Shown here: positions 39,259 through 49,495 of the stretch, piece after piece
How the letters are laid out: the number at the start of each line of letters is the position of its first letter
Position numbering within the stretch: position 1 is the stretch's first letter
Virus record (IMG/VR): IMGVR_UViG_3300031857_000018
Span: 96,001 to 160,000 of that record
Source: a virus
Direction: 5' to 3' (one strand)
DNA: 64,000 nucleotides
Position numbers and translations under genes: made by a program
Notes under the pieces: model-generated
What the model saw: only the letters and a program-made list of their open reading frames with translations
The model's database searches: none
Told to the model about the DNA's origin: nothing

Positions 39259-39522
39259 TCATTTTGATTGTTTTATAACTGTTACGTTTAACCCTTGATC
39301 TCGCAAGTCATCACATATATCAAGACATAAATCATATGCATCTACAAATACCGAACATTGCTTGTTGTTATGTGTAATTGTAGCACACTGAACTGCTTGA
39401 TAATAATTGTGGCCGCAGATTTCAATTAGGCAATCGACTACATGCTCGACTGTATTTACGGCATCATCCATCAATACTACTTGATACTGGCCCCGTCTCT
39501 TTGTTAATTTTTTCTGTGACAT
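39259..39522 (-). CDS. clpS: ClpS-like adaptor protein
   Basis: YQVVLMDDAVNTVEHVVDCL...QAVQCATITHNNK. Confidence 0.75.
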   Translation of the reverse strand: MSQKKLTKRRGQYQVVLMDDAVNTVEHVVDCLIEICGHNYYQAVQCATITHNNKQCSVFVDAYDLCLDICDDLRDQGLNVTVIKQSK

Positions 39523-39697
39523 CTCTGATGATTGCTGCTTGTTCCCAAAACTCATTTTCTTTTGCATAATTTAAAGAATCGTTTAAAAATCTTAGTTTCC
39601 GATCCATGTTCCATTGGCCTGGCCATTCCCACTTGTTTGTGGACATGACGTTAATAGATTTAATGAATACTGTGTCTATAAAATTCTTTGTTTCCAT
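39464..39697 (-). CDS. small protein with UVR-like coiled coil (ENEFWEQAAIIRD)
   Basis: ORF track; middle-type promoter. Confidence 0.65.
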   Translation of the reverse strand: METKNFIDTVFIKSINVMSTNKWEWPGQWNMDRKLRFLNDSLNYAKENEFWEQAAIIRDVTEKINKETGPVSSSIDG

Positions 39698-39748
39698 ACT
39701 ATATTATATGAAATTATTTTGTGGTATCCAAATTGATAACTAATCAGA

Positions 39749-40075
39749 TTATTTGCTGTTCCGAATGATCAACTCACCTAAAACTTCTAATCGACCTACT
39801 TCTCGTTGAAACTCGATTTGAGTCATGGAAGTAGATATTTTCTTGTAGGTAGCATCATATTCTTTTTTTGCGGCTTCTAAATCAAATTTACCTTCTGCAG
39901 CCCGTTTGTAGTATGGCAGTTTTACTTTGAAATGGTGCCATGTTAGTAGAGCTAACCCGCCTTTCTTTTTTGCATTGTCAGAAATCTTTTCTGCACCAGA
40001 CTCGCGGGTGTCAGCAAATGATTCAAAAGTATCTGGTTTGTCTTTTGCTTCAAAAAGTAAATTACGTAGTTTCAT
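39749..40075 (-). CDS. late protein, MKLRNLLFE motif
   Basis: ORF track; ATATTTAT upstream. Confidence 0.8.
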   Translation of the reverse strand: MKLRNLLFEAKDKPDTFESFADTRESGAEKISDNAKKKGGLALLTWHHFKVKLPYYKRAAEGKFDLEAAKKEYDATYKKISTSMTQIEFQREVGRLEVLGELIIRNSK

Positions 40076-40087
40076 ATTAATAAATAT

Positions 40088-40726
40088 TTACTTGTTTGGT
40101 TTCTCCGGTTTGAATTCAGTTATATATGAATAATCTGTTTCATATCCAGATTTACCTTCAACTGAATAAACTGTCATATCAATTTTATATCCTGGATTTT
40201 TGTCAATTCGTTTATACGTCCAAGCAGTATCGATCCATATGATGCGGTTGTTAGGATATATAAAGTAGTTGCCATTATCCATTTTGAATACATGTCCACA
40301 TTTGTGTTCTGGAGTTTCAGAGAAGTTTGTGTCTAACACGTTTCGATTTTCATGTGACCAATCCAGAGTGAATAAATATACACCCTGGCGTTTTACACCT
40401 GTTATGGAAATTAAATCTGCTCGTAACCCGGATAATCGCTCTCGTACTTGCACATCAATGTATGATGAAAAACAGTCCCAATAAACATGTTCTGTTAGTG
40501 GTAATCGTTCTGCATCTTTTCGCCATGCAAATGCATTAATGGGCCTTCTAGTCCAATTGACTCCATTTTCTAAGAATGCCTCAAATAATGGAGTTCTTTT
40601 TTGAATAGATGCAACACTGTGCACATCTGCGGCTGTGAATTCACCATGACCTTTTTCATGGTTAAATAAAAACTCATTTCGTATATAACATGTTAGAGTT
40701 GGAACATTTGCGTTTAAATACGCCAT
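40088..40726 (-). CDS. conserved phage hypothetical protein (MAYLNANVP...EHKC...YPNNR)
   Basis: ORF track. Confidence 0.85.
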   Translation of the reverse strand: MAYLNANVPTLTCYIRNEFLFNHEKGHGEFTAADVHSVASIQKRTPLFEAFLENGVNWTRRPINAFAWRKDAERLPLTEHVYWDCFSSYIDVQVRERLSGLRADLISITGVKRQGVYLFTLDWSHENRNVLDTNFSETPEHKCGHVFKMDNGNYFIYPNNRIIWIDTAWTYKRIDKNPGYKIDMTVYSVEGKSGYETDYSYITEFKPEKPNK

Positions 40727-40731
40727 ATAAC

Positions 40732-41211
40732 TTATTTTTTATGTTTAAAATATTGAACTTCCCGTTCATGTTCCTCCGCGGCTGATTTAGAATCAAATGT
40801 TCCTAAGTTTTTACCTGCGTGGCTGTATAAGCGATATCCGGATTTTACTTTGCGAATAATCTCACGAATAAAGTTTTTCATTTCAGCTTGATTGTTAAGC
40901 GTAACTGGTACGAATTGTGGTTGCTGTGAATTGTATGCATCATCATTGCTATGTTGCATTCCCTTAGGACTTGTTTGCAACGAATTCATGATGAATCCAC
41001 CAACTTCTTCTACATCGTCTTTGGATGTTGCAATATGATCTACTGCCCACCCATGTCCATTAGAAAGAATTCGATCTACCTGAGCCGGATCCATTTGCAA
41101 CAATGCATCTACCGATTTTTTGATAGTCTTTAAGTTTTCAAAAAACATGTAATTGCTAGTGTTGGTATAATCCATTTCAGAGTTACAACCACATTCGTTC
41201 AGTCGTTTCAT
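40732..41211 (-). CDS. late protein (NYMFF, HGWAVDHI, EREVQYFK)
   Basis: Start MKRLNE. Confidence 0.8.
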   Translation of the reverse strand: MKRLNECGCNSEMDYTNTSNYMFFENLKTIKKSVDALLQMDPAQVDRILSNGHGWAVDHIATSKDDVEEVGGFIMNSLQTSPKGMQHSNDDAYNSQQPQFVPVTLNNQAEMKNFIREIIRKVKSGYRLYSHAGKNLGTFDSKSAAEEHEREVQYFKHKK

Positions 41212-41212
41212 G

Positions 41213-41383
41213 TTATGCCTTTTTAGCAACGATAGACCAAATTGCACCCGTAAGTGTCATTGCTCCACCAACAATCTCAGTTACTACAGTTTCGTCAACT
41301 AAACCTTTCATCACGAAGATACCTCCGACAAAAGTTAATGCGTGACGAACAATTCCTAGAATTTGTTCTTTTGTAAGTTTCAT
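41213..41383 (-). CDS. small 2-TM holin-like protein (56 aa)
   Basis: Manual translation MKLTKEQILGIVRHALTFVGG...GAIWSIVAKKA. Confidence 0.7.
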   Translation of the reverse strand: MKLTKEQILGIVRHALTFVGGIFVMKGLVDETVVTEIVGGAMTLTGAIWSIVAKKA

Positions 41384-41407
41384 ATTGTTCCTTTATTATA
41401 AATATCA

Positions 41408-42007
41408 TTATGATTTCTTTAGCTGCAATACAACGTTAATACCATATACTGCAGACGTAGTTGCACTTTCTCGAAGTTGAATATTAATTAAATCACCGAG
41501 TAATACATCTATTGCCGAATTGCTTACAGCTTTATCGACAAATGAGGTAAGATCTAAACCAGCAGCAACTTGACCTACAACAGTACCATTTTTTGCTATA
41601 CTAACTTTGACATCTGCAGCGCCTTGAGTCGTAGTATATGATGTAGCGCTACCCGACACAATAACACCAGTAAATGGTGCAAATATTCCTATTCGGTTAG
41701 CAGTTGGATATGGCGCTGTTGGAACGCCTCCTATATAGTTAATGCTACCAGAAGTAGTATTTGTTTTCATTGAATGAAAAAATGTAAGAGTCATATACTC
41801 TGCAGCCCCAGCTGCATTCACTGCATATGATGCAGTTGTTGCAAATGATGCTGTGCCTAACAATGTCCCGGTAAATGATCCTGTAAATGATCCGCTAGCT
41901 ATAACGGTATCAGTGCTACCTCCACTTAATGCATCAATCGATCTAGTTACATGTGCTGCTTGTATAGTACCACCGTCGGTAATACCTGTTTTATTTATTA
42001 TCGCCAT
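41408..42007 (-). CDS. tail-fibre-like structural protein
   Basis: SGSFTGSFTG, TASFATTASYA repeats. Confidence 0.7.
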   Translation of the reverse strand: MAIINKTGITDGGTIQAAHVTRSIDALSGGSTDTVIASGSFTGSFTGTLLGTASFATTASYAVNAAGAAEYMTLTFFHSMKTNTTSGSINYIGGVPTAPYPTANRIGIFAPFTGVIVSGSATSYTTTQGAADVKVSIAKNGTVVGQVAAGLDLTSFVDKAVSNSAIDVLLGDLINIQLRESATTSAVYGINVVLQLKKS

Positions 42008-42197
42008 TGTCTATGTTCCTTTTTTTATATATCGGCCAATTTTTTGTTTGTTCGTTTAACCAGGCCTGTCGATCATCACACCCACAATCTTCATCTAGTA
42101 TCTGTGCAATTCGTTTTGCTAGCTGATCTAATCCTGTTGCAACAGTTATTTTTTTAATATCGTCGCCTAAGCCTTTACTTTGCATCAATTCCTCCAT
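41991..42197 (-). CDS. small phage protein (GLGD...DCGCDDRQAWLN)
   Basis: ORF track. Confidence 0.75.
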   Translation of the reverse strand: MEELMQSKGLGDDIKKITVATGLDQLAKRIAQILDEDCGCDDRQAWLNEQTKNWPIYKKRNIDNGDNK

Positions 42198-43533
42198 TGT
42201 TCATTGAGTTTCTAAGTTGCATGATCATTGTTTGATACTGAGCCGTTTGTGGTATTTCAAACACAGTTCGTCCTGGAAACTGATAATCATGTTCTGGATG
42301 CATCATTAGCATATGACCCGTTTCATCAATTCCTAACACAGGATGTGCTACTTCACGCATTGTGATCGCCCCGGTTGGAGTTGGTATCATGGTGCAGAAG
42401 CCTGGATGTTTCCATTGTCCTTCTGGATCAATTACTCCGCCTGTTTTTCGTATAACATTGGCCCAACCTTTAAGGTCTAATGGTCGTTTGCGCGTAACAT
42501 GCAAAACCAATGATTCTGTTATTTCTTTTTCATCGTCTGATTTTAGGAAGGCAGATGGCATAATATGTTTATCCATTTTGAGTGCCTTTGCTAGTATTGC
42601 TACTAAACTACCACCTGGCATAATTGCTACTGTAGTTAGTCCTAACAGTTTCACCACATCTTTCATTTGGTTACGAACCCATGCCCATTCTTCCGAAGTT
42701 AGTTTCTCACCGTTAATATGACGAAGCAGCATCACCATGGCTTGTTTGGTTTCATCTTTCTCAGTACGCATTGCCGAAATAAAGTGTTTTACTTTATCCT
42801 TTGCTTTGTTAACTGTGTCAGCCATATTGATTTCATTTAAAGAACTTTCTAACGCAAGTTGACCCATTGTAATCTTTTTTTCAAGGTTCTTTAAACGTTC
42901 GATATATCCTTTATTACGTAGATGTTTGAATGCCATGTTTTCCACCGAATACTCGCCTTCTGCTTCTAAACCAGTTTGGCGAAGATGCTGGAGTCGTTGT
43001 GTGATGTTTTTAATTTTTTGTTCTATGTGTGGATCCGTCTCTTTGAGTGAATCAATATCGTATTCGTATGGTTCTGCTTTTTGTTGAATGGCTCCATCAT
43101 CTACAGTAACAGTGTCGGAGGCTGGTTTGCGTATCCATTTATCACGTAGCACGGAATATATTCCTACTGATGAATGCAAGTCCTCATTTGAATCTTGGGC
43201 ATACAACTCAATGTTCATGCCTTTATATGTTAAAGGGTGTGTAGTGTTCCATATGCTTTTCTTTGCATGCATATAATTTTTAACTATGTGTAGATTGTCT
43301 CCAATTTCTAAATAGTTAATAACAACATGCAAATCAATATCACTATGTTCCGTCCAATTGTAATTAGCACTACTACCGATGATTATAACATCATGGATAT
43401 CACAACGTACTTCTAAGAAATTGTAAAATGCTTTTGCAATTTTCATGAACCCAACACGAAGCTTGGGATGAAGTTTGTCTCCATCCCAAAGCTTTGGATT
43501 AAGTGTGCTATGTGTTTGATATTCGGTTATCAT
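42175..43533 (-). CDS. Pol-beta-type nucleotidyltransferase domain protein with extra C-terminal domains
   Basis: IGSSANYNWTEHSDIDLH (GS...DxD), IELYAQD. Confidence 0.8.
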   Translation of the reverse strand: MITEYQTHSTLNPKLWDGDKLHPKLRVGFMKIAKAFYNFLEVRCDIHDVIIIGSSANYNWTEHSDIDLHVVINYLEIGDNLHIVKNYMHAKKSIWNTTHPLTYKGMNIELYAQDSNEDLHSSVGIYSVLRDKWIRKPASDTVTVDDGAIQQKAEPYEYDIDSLKETDPHIEQKIKNITQRLQHLRQTGLEAEGEYSVENMAFKHLRNKGYIERLKNLEKKITMGQLALESSLNEINMADTVNKAKDKVKHFISAMRTEKDETKQAMVMLLRHINGEKLTSEEWAWVRNQMKDVVKLLGLTTVAIMPGGSLVAILAKALKMDKHIMPSAFLKSDDEKEITESLVLHVTRKRPLDLKGWANVIRKTGGVIDPEGQWKHPGFCTMIPTPTGAITMREVAHPVLGIDETGHMLMMHPEHDYQFPGRTVFEIPQTAQYQTMIMQLRNSMNNGGIDAK

Positions 43534-43535
43534 TG

Positions 43536-46049
43536 TTATTTCGTATTAGTAGCAGTCGGTGTAGCAAACTTAACTTTTTCAACATTACCTTTTTCATCTC
43601 GTGTTACAAAATCATAATCGCCTGGATCAGATTTATATACTGGTAATGTTTTTGATGCTATTTTATCCGTTCCTTCTACGGCGCCTTTTATTACTGGTTT
43701 AACATATGAGTTATACATGTTTCGTACCGCATTAAATGATCCAAATGCCCATGCTAATAATGATACAATGAATCCTTGTCGCTGGTCTCGGTTTTCGGTA
43801 TACACGCCAGTTTTTTCTAGTAAATCTTGAAATTCATTGTAAATTACATCTAATGCTTTTGGTCTAGCAAACAATCGTTTTATAACATACAACATCATCT
43901 CAATTGCTTTAAAGAGCCAACTCAGCCACGCACCGCCATTCGTACTTAGCCATTTCATTGGTGATTCAAACAGTGGATCTAAAATCCCGGAAGATCTCCA
44001 ATCATACTTGAATGTTCCAAGTACGCGGCCGGCATCATATGTACGGTGAATTGCGTTTGGTAACAGTGCACAGAATCTAGCCCAAAACGTTTTTGTATAT
44101 TCGACAAAAATTAAATTACCTGTATTAATTGTTTCTTTAATAAATTGGTTGGTCCAAAGTCGTTGTGCTTCTTTACCTACTACGCTACCGCCTACTGTTT
44201 TTGTAGCCATGAACAATGGAACGATTATTTTCTTGTAAATTTCATCACCTTTACCAGAGTTGATAGTTTTTGCAATTGCACCCCAAATCTCAGCATCGAT
44301 ATTTTTAGTAGTAGTATTCAATAAATCTGCAGGTAGTCCCAATGTTCGAAGCATGTTTATATTTACAGCACCGCCTGGTAATCTAAATGCTGCCGTTTTA
44401 ATCCATGTTGTTATAGAATCTCTGTTTTTATTTAAAATATTAAACAATATCGTTCTACCGCCAGGCGTATTTAACACTGATGCTAAGAATACATCCGGAC
44501 GTTTTCTACATAAAACCGTAAATGAGTTTACCATGTTCGAGGCTACCGAATCCCATACTTTTTTTGGAAGCATTGCAACAACATTTCCCCATACTTTTCC
44601 TAACATGGTTGGGGCAGTGTTTTTGAAGAATTTAGATGTAGCAAGTAAAATTTCTTTTTTATTTTTTTTGCTATATGTTTTAACCGCAGTAGCTAAAAAT
44701 ACTTCATCCGCACCTTCTTCTGCAATTTTTAATAATCGTTCTGATTTAGCTGCGTTAATAAGAGCCCAGTTTTGGAATGCATCGCCATACCGTAATACCA
44801 ACTGTTCTCCAATTCTCGATAACGCAGCATTTGTTGCCCGAAAACCTTTTACAAAATTTAATAATAATTGTTTTAAGTTTTTTATTTTAGCTAGTTTGCT
44901 AAACTTTTTAATAAATTCTTTTACATTTTTACGTTGGCGTGCATTTGTTCTCCACATTTCTAGGAATGCTTCTTCTGATTTCATTGCTGCTTGTATCGCT
45001 TCTGGTCCAACTTTACCACCAAATTTTACCGCTGCTATAAGTCGTTTACTACCTAACTTAATGATACTACCAGCAAATGGAATAACCGCAATCATTGATA
45101 AGCATCCTTCTAATTTGCGGCCGCGAATGAAATAAGCAATTCCATTAAGTAAATCAATTATATCACCATATCCTGGAATTAATCCTGCCCAATCCAATAT
45201 AGACTGTATGGTATCTTTTACTTGTTCTAATGGTTTATCGGATATATCTTCAAATCCACGTGCTGAACGCTTATATAAATTTGGATCTTTAAGTCCATGT
45301 CCTGCTATTAAAAAGAATCTTTTAATCCACCCGGATTCCTTATACACATCAAATTCACCAGATTTTACATCATCGGTTAAGTTAAATATTAAATTTTTAC
45401 CTTTTTTATAAATGTATCCGAATACTTGTCCGCCTGGATTACTTATTTGAATTTTATTTCCAGTTAGCTTCCATTTGAATTTAGTACTAGTACTTAAATC
45501 TGGTCGCATATAAACATATCCGTCAGATTGGAAATGAAACAATGTTCCTGATTTTAAATCTGCGGCATACACCGGGACTTGCCAGTTATACGAGTTTACC
45601 GCAGCATTCGTTAAACGTCCTGCATTGTTTGGAGATAATTTATCTGTACGGAATACTTGGGTTTTAAACAATTGCTCTGCTGGGGCTAAATTCTCTGGCC
45701 ATGGTTTTAACTTTTTACTCGCAATTATCTTATCCATTTCTTTTTCGTTTTTCGTTAAGAATGAATTAGGCCCCATTTGTGTAGGGAATACTCGTAAATT
45801 TGGATCTGGCTTTAACGGATCAAATGTTGTTTTTTGTGTTACAAGTTTTGTTAGTGAATCTTCTTCCCGGGCAGTTAATAATTGTTCACTTAAAACTGCA
45901 TCTTTTTGAAAAGCTTCGCGGAGCACTGCTTCTATAGTTAACTCATTCTGAAGAGCTGATGTATTAGTGTCTGTCGGTGTAGGTTTGATATCACGAAGTA
46001 TCGCTTCTCGCAATACAACATCTAACGTAATGTTTGTAGATTGATTCAT
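43536..46049 (-). CDS. large late protein with pre-toxin TG-like domain
   Basis: LDWAGLIPGYGDIIDLLNGIAYFIRG...LSMIAVIPFAG. Confidence 0.75.
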   Translation of the reverse strand: MNQSTNITLDVVLREAILRDIKPTPTDTNTSALQNELTIEAVLREAFQKDAVLSEQLLTAREEDSLTKLVTQKTTFDPLKPDPNLRVFPTQMGPNSFLTKNEKEMDKIIASKKLKPWPENLAPAEQLFKTQVFRTDKLSPNNAGRLTNAAVNSYNWQVPVYAADLKSGTLFHFQSDGYVYMRPDLSTSTKFKWKLTGNKIQISNPGGQVFGYIYKKGKNLIFNLTDDVKSGEFDVYKESGWIKRFFLIAGHGLKDPNLYKRSARGFEDISDKPLEQVKDTIQSILDWAGLIPGYGDIIDLLNGIAYFIRGRKLEGCLSMIAVIPFAGSIIKLGSKRLIAAVKFGGKVGPEAIQAAMKSEEAFLEMWRTNARQRKNVKEFIKKFSKLAKIKNLKQLLLNFVKGFRATNAALSRIGEQLVLRYGDAFQNWALINAAKSERLLKIAEEGADEVFLATAVKTYSKKNKKEILLATSKFFKNTAPTMLGKVWGNVVAMLPKKVWDSVASNMVNSFTVLCRKRPDVFLASVLNTPGGRTILFNILNKNRDSITTWIKTAAFRLPGGAVNINMLRTLGLPADLLNTTTKNIDAEIWGAIAKTINSGKGDEIYKKIIVPLFMATKTVGGSVVGKEAQRLWTNQFIKETINTGNLIFVEYTKTFWARFCALLPNAIHRTYDAGRVLGTFKYDWRSSGILDPLFESPMKWLSTNGGAWLSWLFKAIEMMLYVIKRLFARPKALDVIYNEFQDLLEKTGVYTENRDQRQGFIVSLLAWAFGSFNAVRNMYNSYVKPVIKGAVEGTDKIASKTLPVYKSDPGDYDFVTRDEKGNVEKVKFATPTATNTK

Positions 46050-46079
46050 ATTATAATTTCCTATTTATTATAAATATCA

Positions 46080-46427
46080 TCATTTCCAAAAGAGCTGTAT
46101 TAAAATCAATGCAAATGCTAATCCGAGAGACACTGCTGTTTTTAAATTGATGGCTTCATCCCGGAATACCCAGGTCATGATGGCAAACATAGTAATACCA
46201 GTAACAAATGAAACAAATCGACCCGGCCAAAATGCACCGTCAAACCCGGTAACTGCAAATCGTGTTGCTTCCATAAACAACCAAGTGATTGGAACACCCA
46301 TTAGCATAAGTGCCCATCGGTATGTTTTAGCCCATGGCCATATTAATGGTCCATTTGTTTGTATCCAAACGAAGCTTTGTCCTACTAAAAAAATTAATAT
46401 GGAAAATATAATGTATTTATAGTTCAT
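46080..46427 (-). CDS. 4-TM small membrane protein (SMR/DMT-like)
   Basis: Four hydrophobic helices; middle-type promoter. Confidence 0.75.
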   Translation of the reverse strand: MNYKYIIFSILIFLVGQSFVWIQTNGPLIWPWAKTYRWALMLMGVPITWLFMEATRFAVTGFDGAFWPGRFVSFVTGITMFAIMTWVFRDEAINLKTAVSLGLAFALILIQLFWK

Positions 46428-46465
46428 ATCATATAATATGAAATTTACTACAGAATTCAAAGTAA

Positions 46466-47038
46466 TTATTTATTAGAGTCAGATGCGTATTTAACACCCA
46501 TGATAGTGCCGATGATACTAAAAGCATTTGTTAGCAATATACCAAACATATTACTCCACGTGCTACCAATGATCTGAGTATCTTTATTAACAAACAATGC
46601 AACCATATATATAACGGTAGTTGTGACACCTACTCCGATTATGATAATAAGTGATATACGAACAATTAGATTGATTAACTCGAACTGAGTTCGTTTTTGT
46701 ATCATGTCTAAACTGTCCATGGCGGCATCGCGGGCTGTTTCAGCATCACATTTGGATTGTTCTGCATCCGTTGCTGCTTGTTGAAGTTCTATCATCAACT
46801 GTTGATTTTGTTCGTTTGATTCAACTAGTTGTTTGTTTTGATCTTGTATTTGTTTGGTTATTTCTAATCGTTTTCGTCGATTTTCTTTATCGCGGGTTGT
46901 GCATGTTTTTATATATGCATCAAACTCAATATCATCGGTTGAATCAATTAACTTTAGAATGTTGCCTTCTAGAGCTATATTTTTACGGGCATATAACTCA
47001 ATTAATTTTTGTTTAGTATTATCATCTAATACTATCAT
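46466..47038 (-). CDS. coiled-coil plus 2-TM membrane protein coupled to the response regulator
   Basis: ATGA overlap with the RR; FSIIGTIMGVKY. Confidence 0.8.
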   Translation of the reverse strand: MIVLDDNTKQKLIELYARKNIALEGNILKLIDSTDDIEFDAYIKTCTTRDKENRRKRLEITKQIQDQNKQLVESNEQNQQLMIELQQAATDAEQSKCDAETARDAAMDSLDMIQKRTQFELINLIVRISLIIIIGVGVTTTVIYMVALFVNKDTQIIGSTWSNMFGILLTNAFSIIGTIMGVKYASDSNK

Positions 47039-47472
47039 CGATACACTTTAAATGGGGCAGTGCGTGCTTTATACCCGTCATAGTCTGCGCGGAATTGTTC
47101 TAAACGAGGTTCGATATCATCTGACTTAATTATCCAAAACTGTGCGCCGGCTTGAATTGCCTTTGCTTGTTCTTCTGGTTCATTTGATGATGAGATGATT
47201 CCAATAACCACGTTATTACCATACTCAAAATTAATTTTTCTGATAAGTTCGATACCATCAAACGAACTACCAATAATATTCAAGTCAACAAATACACATT
47301 CGGGTTTATCGTTAGCATCGCCACTTTGAAACCATTTTTGAAACAGTTTTGCTGCTTCGTCGGAACTATTTAATGAGTTTAAAGACAAACTTATATCGAG
47401 CAATGAACATGCATCTTCAAATACTAAGTGGAATAAATCTTCATCATCTACCAATAAAATTGAATCAATCAT
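47035..47472 (-). CDS. single-domain response regulator (receiver)
   Basis: ILLVDDE, FVDLN (phospho-Asp), DGIEL, IISSS, AGAQFWIIK. Confidence 0.92.
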   Translation of the reverse strand: MIDSILLVDDEDLFHLVFEDACSLLDISLSLNSLNSSDEAAKLFQKWFQSGDANDKPECVFVDLNIIGSSFDGIELIRKINFEYGNNVVIGIISSSNEPEEQAKAIQAGAQFWIIKSDDIEPRLEQFRADYDGYKARTAPFKVYR

Positions 47473-49078
47473 TTTTGCTTTCCTTTATTTTTATTTTCAT
47501 TTTTGTGCCTGTTTCATTTTTTTCACAGGTAATATTAAATCCATGTTCTTCTAAAATAGCAACACAAATATTTAAACCCAAACCAGTTCCAGCTTCAGTT
47601 TGGCCTTCTTTCCGAGTATATGGTTTTGATAAATGATCAAAATCTTTTTGTGTAATACCTCTACCATTATCTTGAACGTAAATGGTATCATCATCGGAAT
47701 ATATTTTAACAAACTTAGTGTCAGAATCATTATACTTTAAACCGTTTCTAATCAAGTTATCCAATGCTGTACAGAACAATGCTTCGTTTACTTCGATGGT
47801 TGGTAACTGGTCGATAATAACTTGACTACTGTATGCAGTTGATGACAAGTAATCGGATAATATCATTTTCAAATCACATTCAGCTTTATTTAGTACAACA
47901 TCTTTTTTTACGAGATTGGTAAATTCATATACACCTTTATACACTTTTTGTGAATGTTTCAATCCTTCTTTAATCATGCGGATTGGGGCTTCAATTTTTA
48001 ATGAACTAATATCATCAGAACTTAATCTTCTTTCTAACGAACTAAGTCCCCTAGGCATATACGTATTAATACCTGAATGCATATCGTGTCTTAATATCTT
48101 AGCTGCGTGTTCTAGATACGTATTTTTCTTTTCAATCTCTTTCTTTTGTTCATATGAATCGGTAATATTAGTAGCAATTTTCAATATGCGATATATCTTG
48201 CCGTCCATTCCGATAATTGGATTATAAGTTGATTGTAAATACACTAAAGAGCCATCTTTTTTAACTCTTGTAATTTCACCGGTAAATAATATACCGTCAT
48301 TTAGTTTTTTCCAAAAAAGAGCATATTCTTCACTGTTAAAATGTGTGTCGTCTATAAATATTCTGTGGTGTTTTCCGACTAGTTCATCAGCTGAATCATA
48401 TCCCATGGTTGTTAAAAACAAGTCATTAGCAAAAATAATGTTACCTTCTAAATCAAATTCAATAACTGCGTTAGATTTATTTATGGCATTCATTCTATTA
48501 CGAATTTCTACTTCTTTTTTCTTAAGCTCCGTAACGTCTTGTCGTATTGATGAAAACCCTTCTAAATTGCCATGTTTATCAAATCGGGCTCTAATGTATG
48601 TGTCGACATAATATAGGTCACCTGTTTTTGTTTTGTTGGTGACAATTGCATTCCATATCTCACCTTTCATCACTGTTTCATACATCTTACCCCAGTACCC
48701 ATCGGGTTGTAGACCAGAGTTTACGATGATATGATCTTTACCGATAACCTCATCTAAAGACCATCCTGATACTTCTTCAAATTTTTTATTAACGTATGTT
48801 ATTTTACCAGTTTTATCAGCAATTGAAATAATTGCAGCTGTGTCAATAAACTCATCAGTATCTTTTATTTTTTTTAATAAAGTACTTGTTATATCAGCTG
48901 CGTGTGATTTCATTAAAAAATAAAATAGTGGTAAGAACACTAAAAAACACACAATTTCAATTCCGCGTGTAATGTAACTAGAATCTAATACTGAAAAGAA
49001 TACTAAACCTTTTGTTATAGCAAAAACTACTAATGTTACTATGGTAATACCTTTAAGTATTTTATGTAAACTAATCAT
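47465..49078 (-). CDS. membrane sensor histidine kinase with two PAS/PAC domains
   Basis: 2 TM; two PAS-PAC; H-box LRHDM; N-box NLIRNGLKY; DNGRGI; GTGLGL. Confidence 0.95.
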   Translation of the reverse strand: MISLHKILKGITIVTLVVFAITKGLVFFSVLDSSYITRGIEIVCFLVFLPLFYFLMKSHAADITSTLLKKIKDTDEFIDTAAIISIADKTGKITYVNKKFEEVSGWSLDEVIGKDHIIVNSGLQPDGYWGKMYETVMKGEIWNAIVTNKTKTGDLYYVDTYIRARFDKHGNLEGFSSIRQDVTELKKKEVEIRNRMNAINKSNAVIEFDLEGNIIFANDLFLTTMGYDSADELVGKHHRIFIDDTHFNSEEYALFWKKLNDGILFTGEITRVKKDGSLVYLQSTYNPIIGMDGKIYRILKIATNITDSYEQKKEIEKKNTYLEHAAKILRHDMHSGINTYMPRGLSSLERRLSSDDISSLKIEAPIRMIKEGLKHSQKVYKGVYEFTNLVKKDVVLNKAECDLKMILSDYLSSTAYSSQVIIDQLPTIEVNEALFCTALDNLIRNGLKYNDSDTKFVKIYSDDDTIYVQDNGRGITQKDFDHLSKPYTRKEGQTEAGTGLGLNICVAILEEHGFNITCEKNETGTKMKIKIKESKND

Positions 49079-49495
49079 TTATCGTATACCTTTATGCTTA
49101 TCTAATGCATCTAGAATTTGATTAAGAACTGGTGCTTTTATAAACCCTGCCATCGATGCATTTTTAAGTGTACTGATAATTTGTAATATAATGAATGGAA
49201 TTAAAATTGTTTCACTTAACCAAGAAGTTCCTGGATATCCTTTTTCTACAGACAGCAACACCGTTAAAATTATAATCCATGTTGCGGCTGTTCGAAGTAC
49301 TTTGATTGCTTTACATGTTTGAAAACCTTCTCGCTTTATTCCAGCAATTACACCAAAAAACCCATCGACAAACACTACTGCAATTAATGCTAGATATTGC
49401 TCGTAATAGTCGATAGATAGATTAAAAAAATACGAACATATAAATGATATCATGGTCGTTGTGGATAATATTATTGCTAGAGCGGTTGTTTTCAT
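49079..49495 (-). CDS. phage holin-like protein
   Basis: TM helices, VFVDGFFGV, ISTLKNA; next to endolysins. Confidence 0.7.
   Translation of the reverse strand: MKTTALAIILSTTTMISFICSYFFNLSIDYYEQYLALIAVVFVDGFFGVIAGIKREGFQTCKAIKVLRTAATWIIILTVLLSVEKGYPGTSWLSETILIPFIILQIISTLKNASMAGFIKAPVLNQILDALDKHKGIR

Noticed and set aside
47465-49078. Kinase N-terminus MISLHKILK as a member of the MIRLKxLLxE tag family
   Set aside because: It lacks the Glu and leads straight into a TM helix
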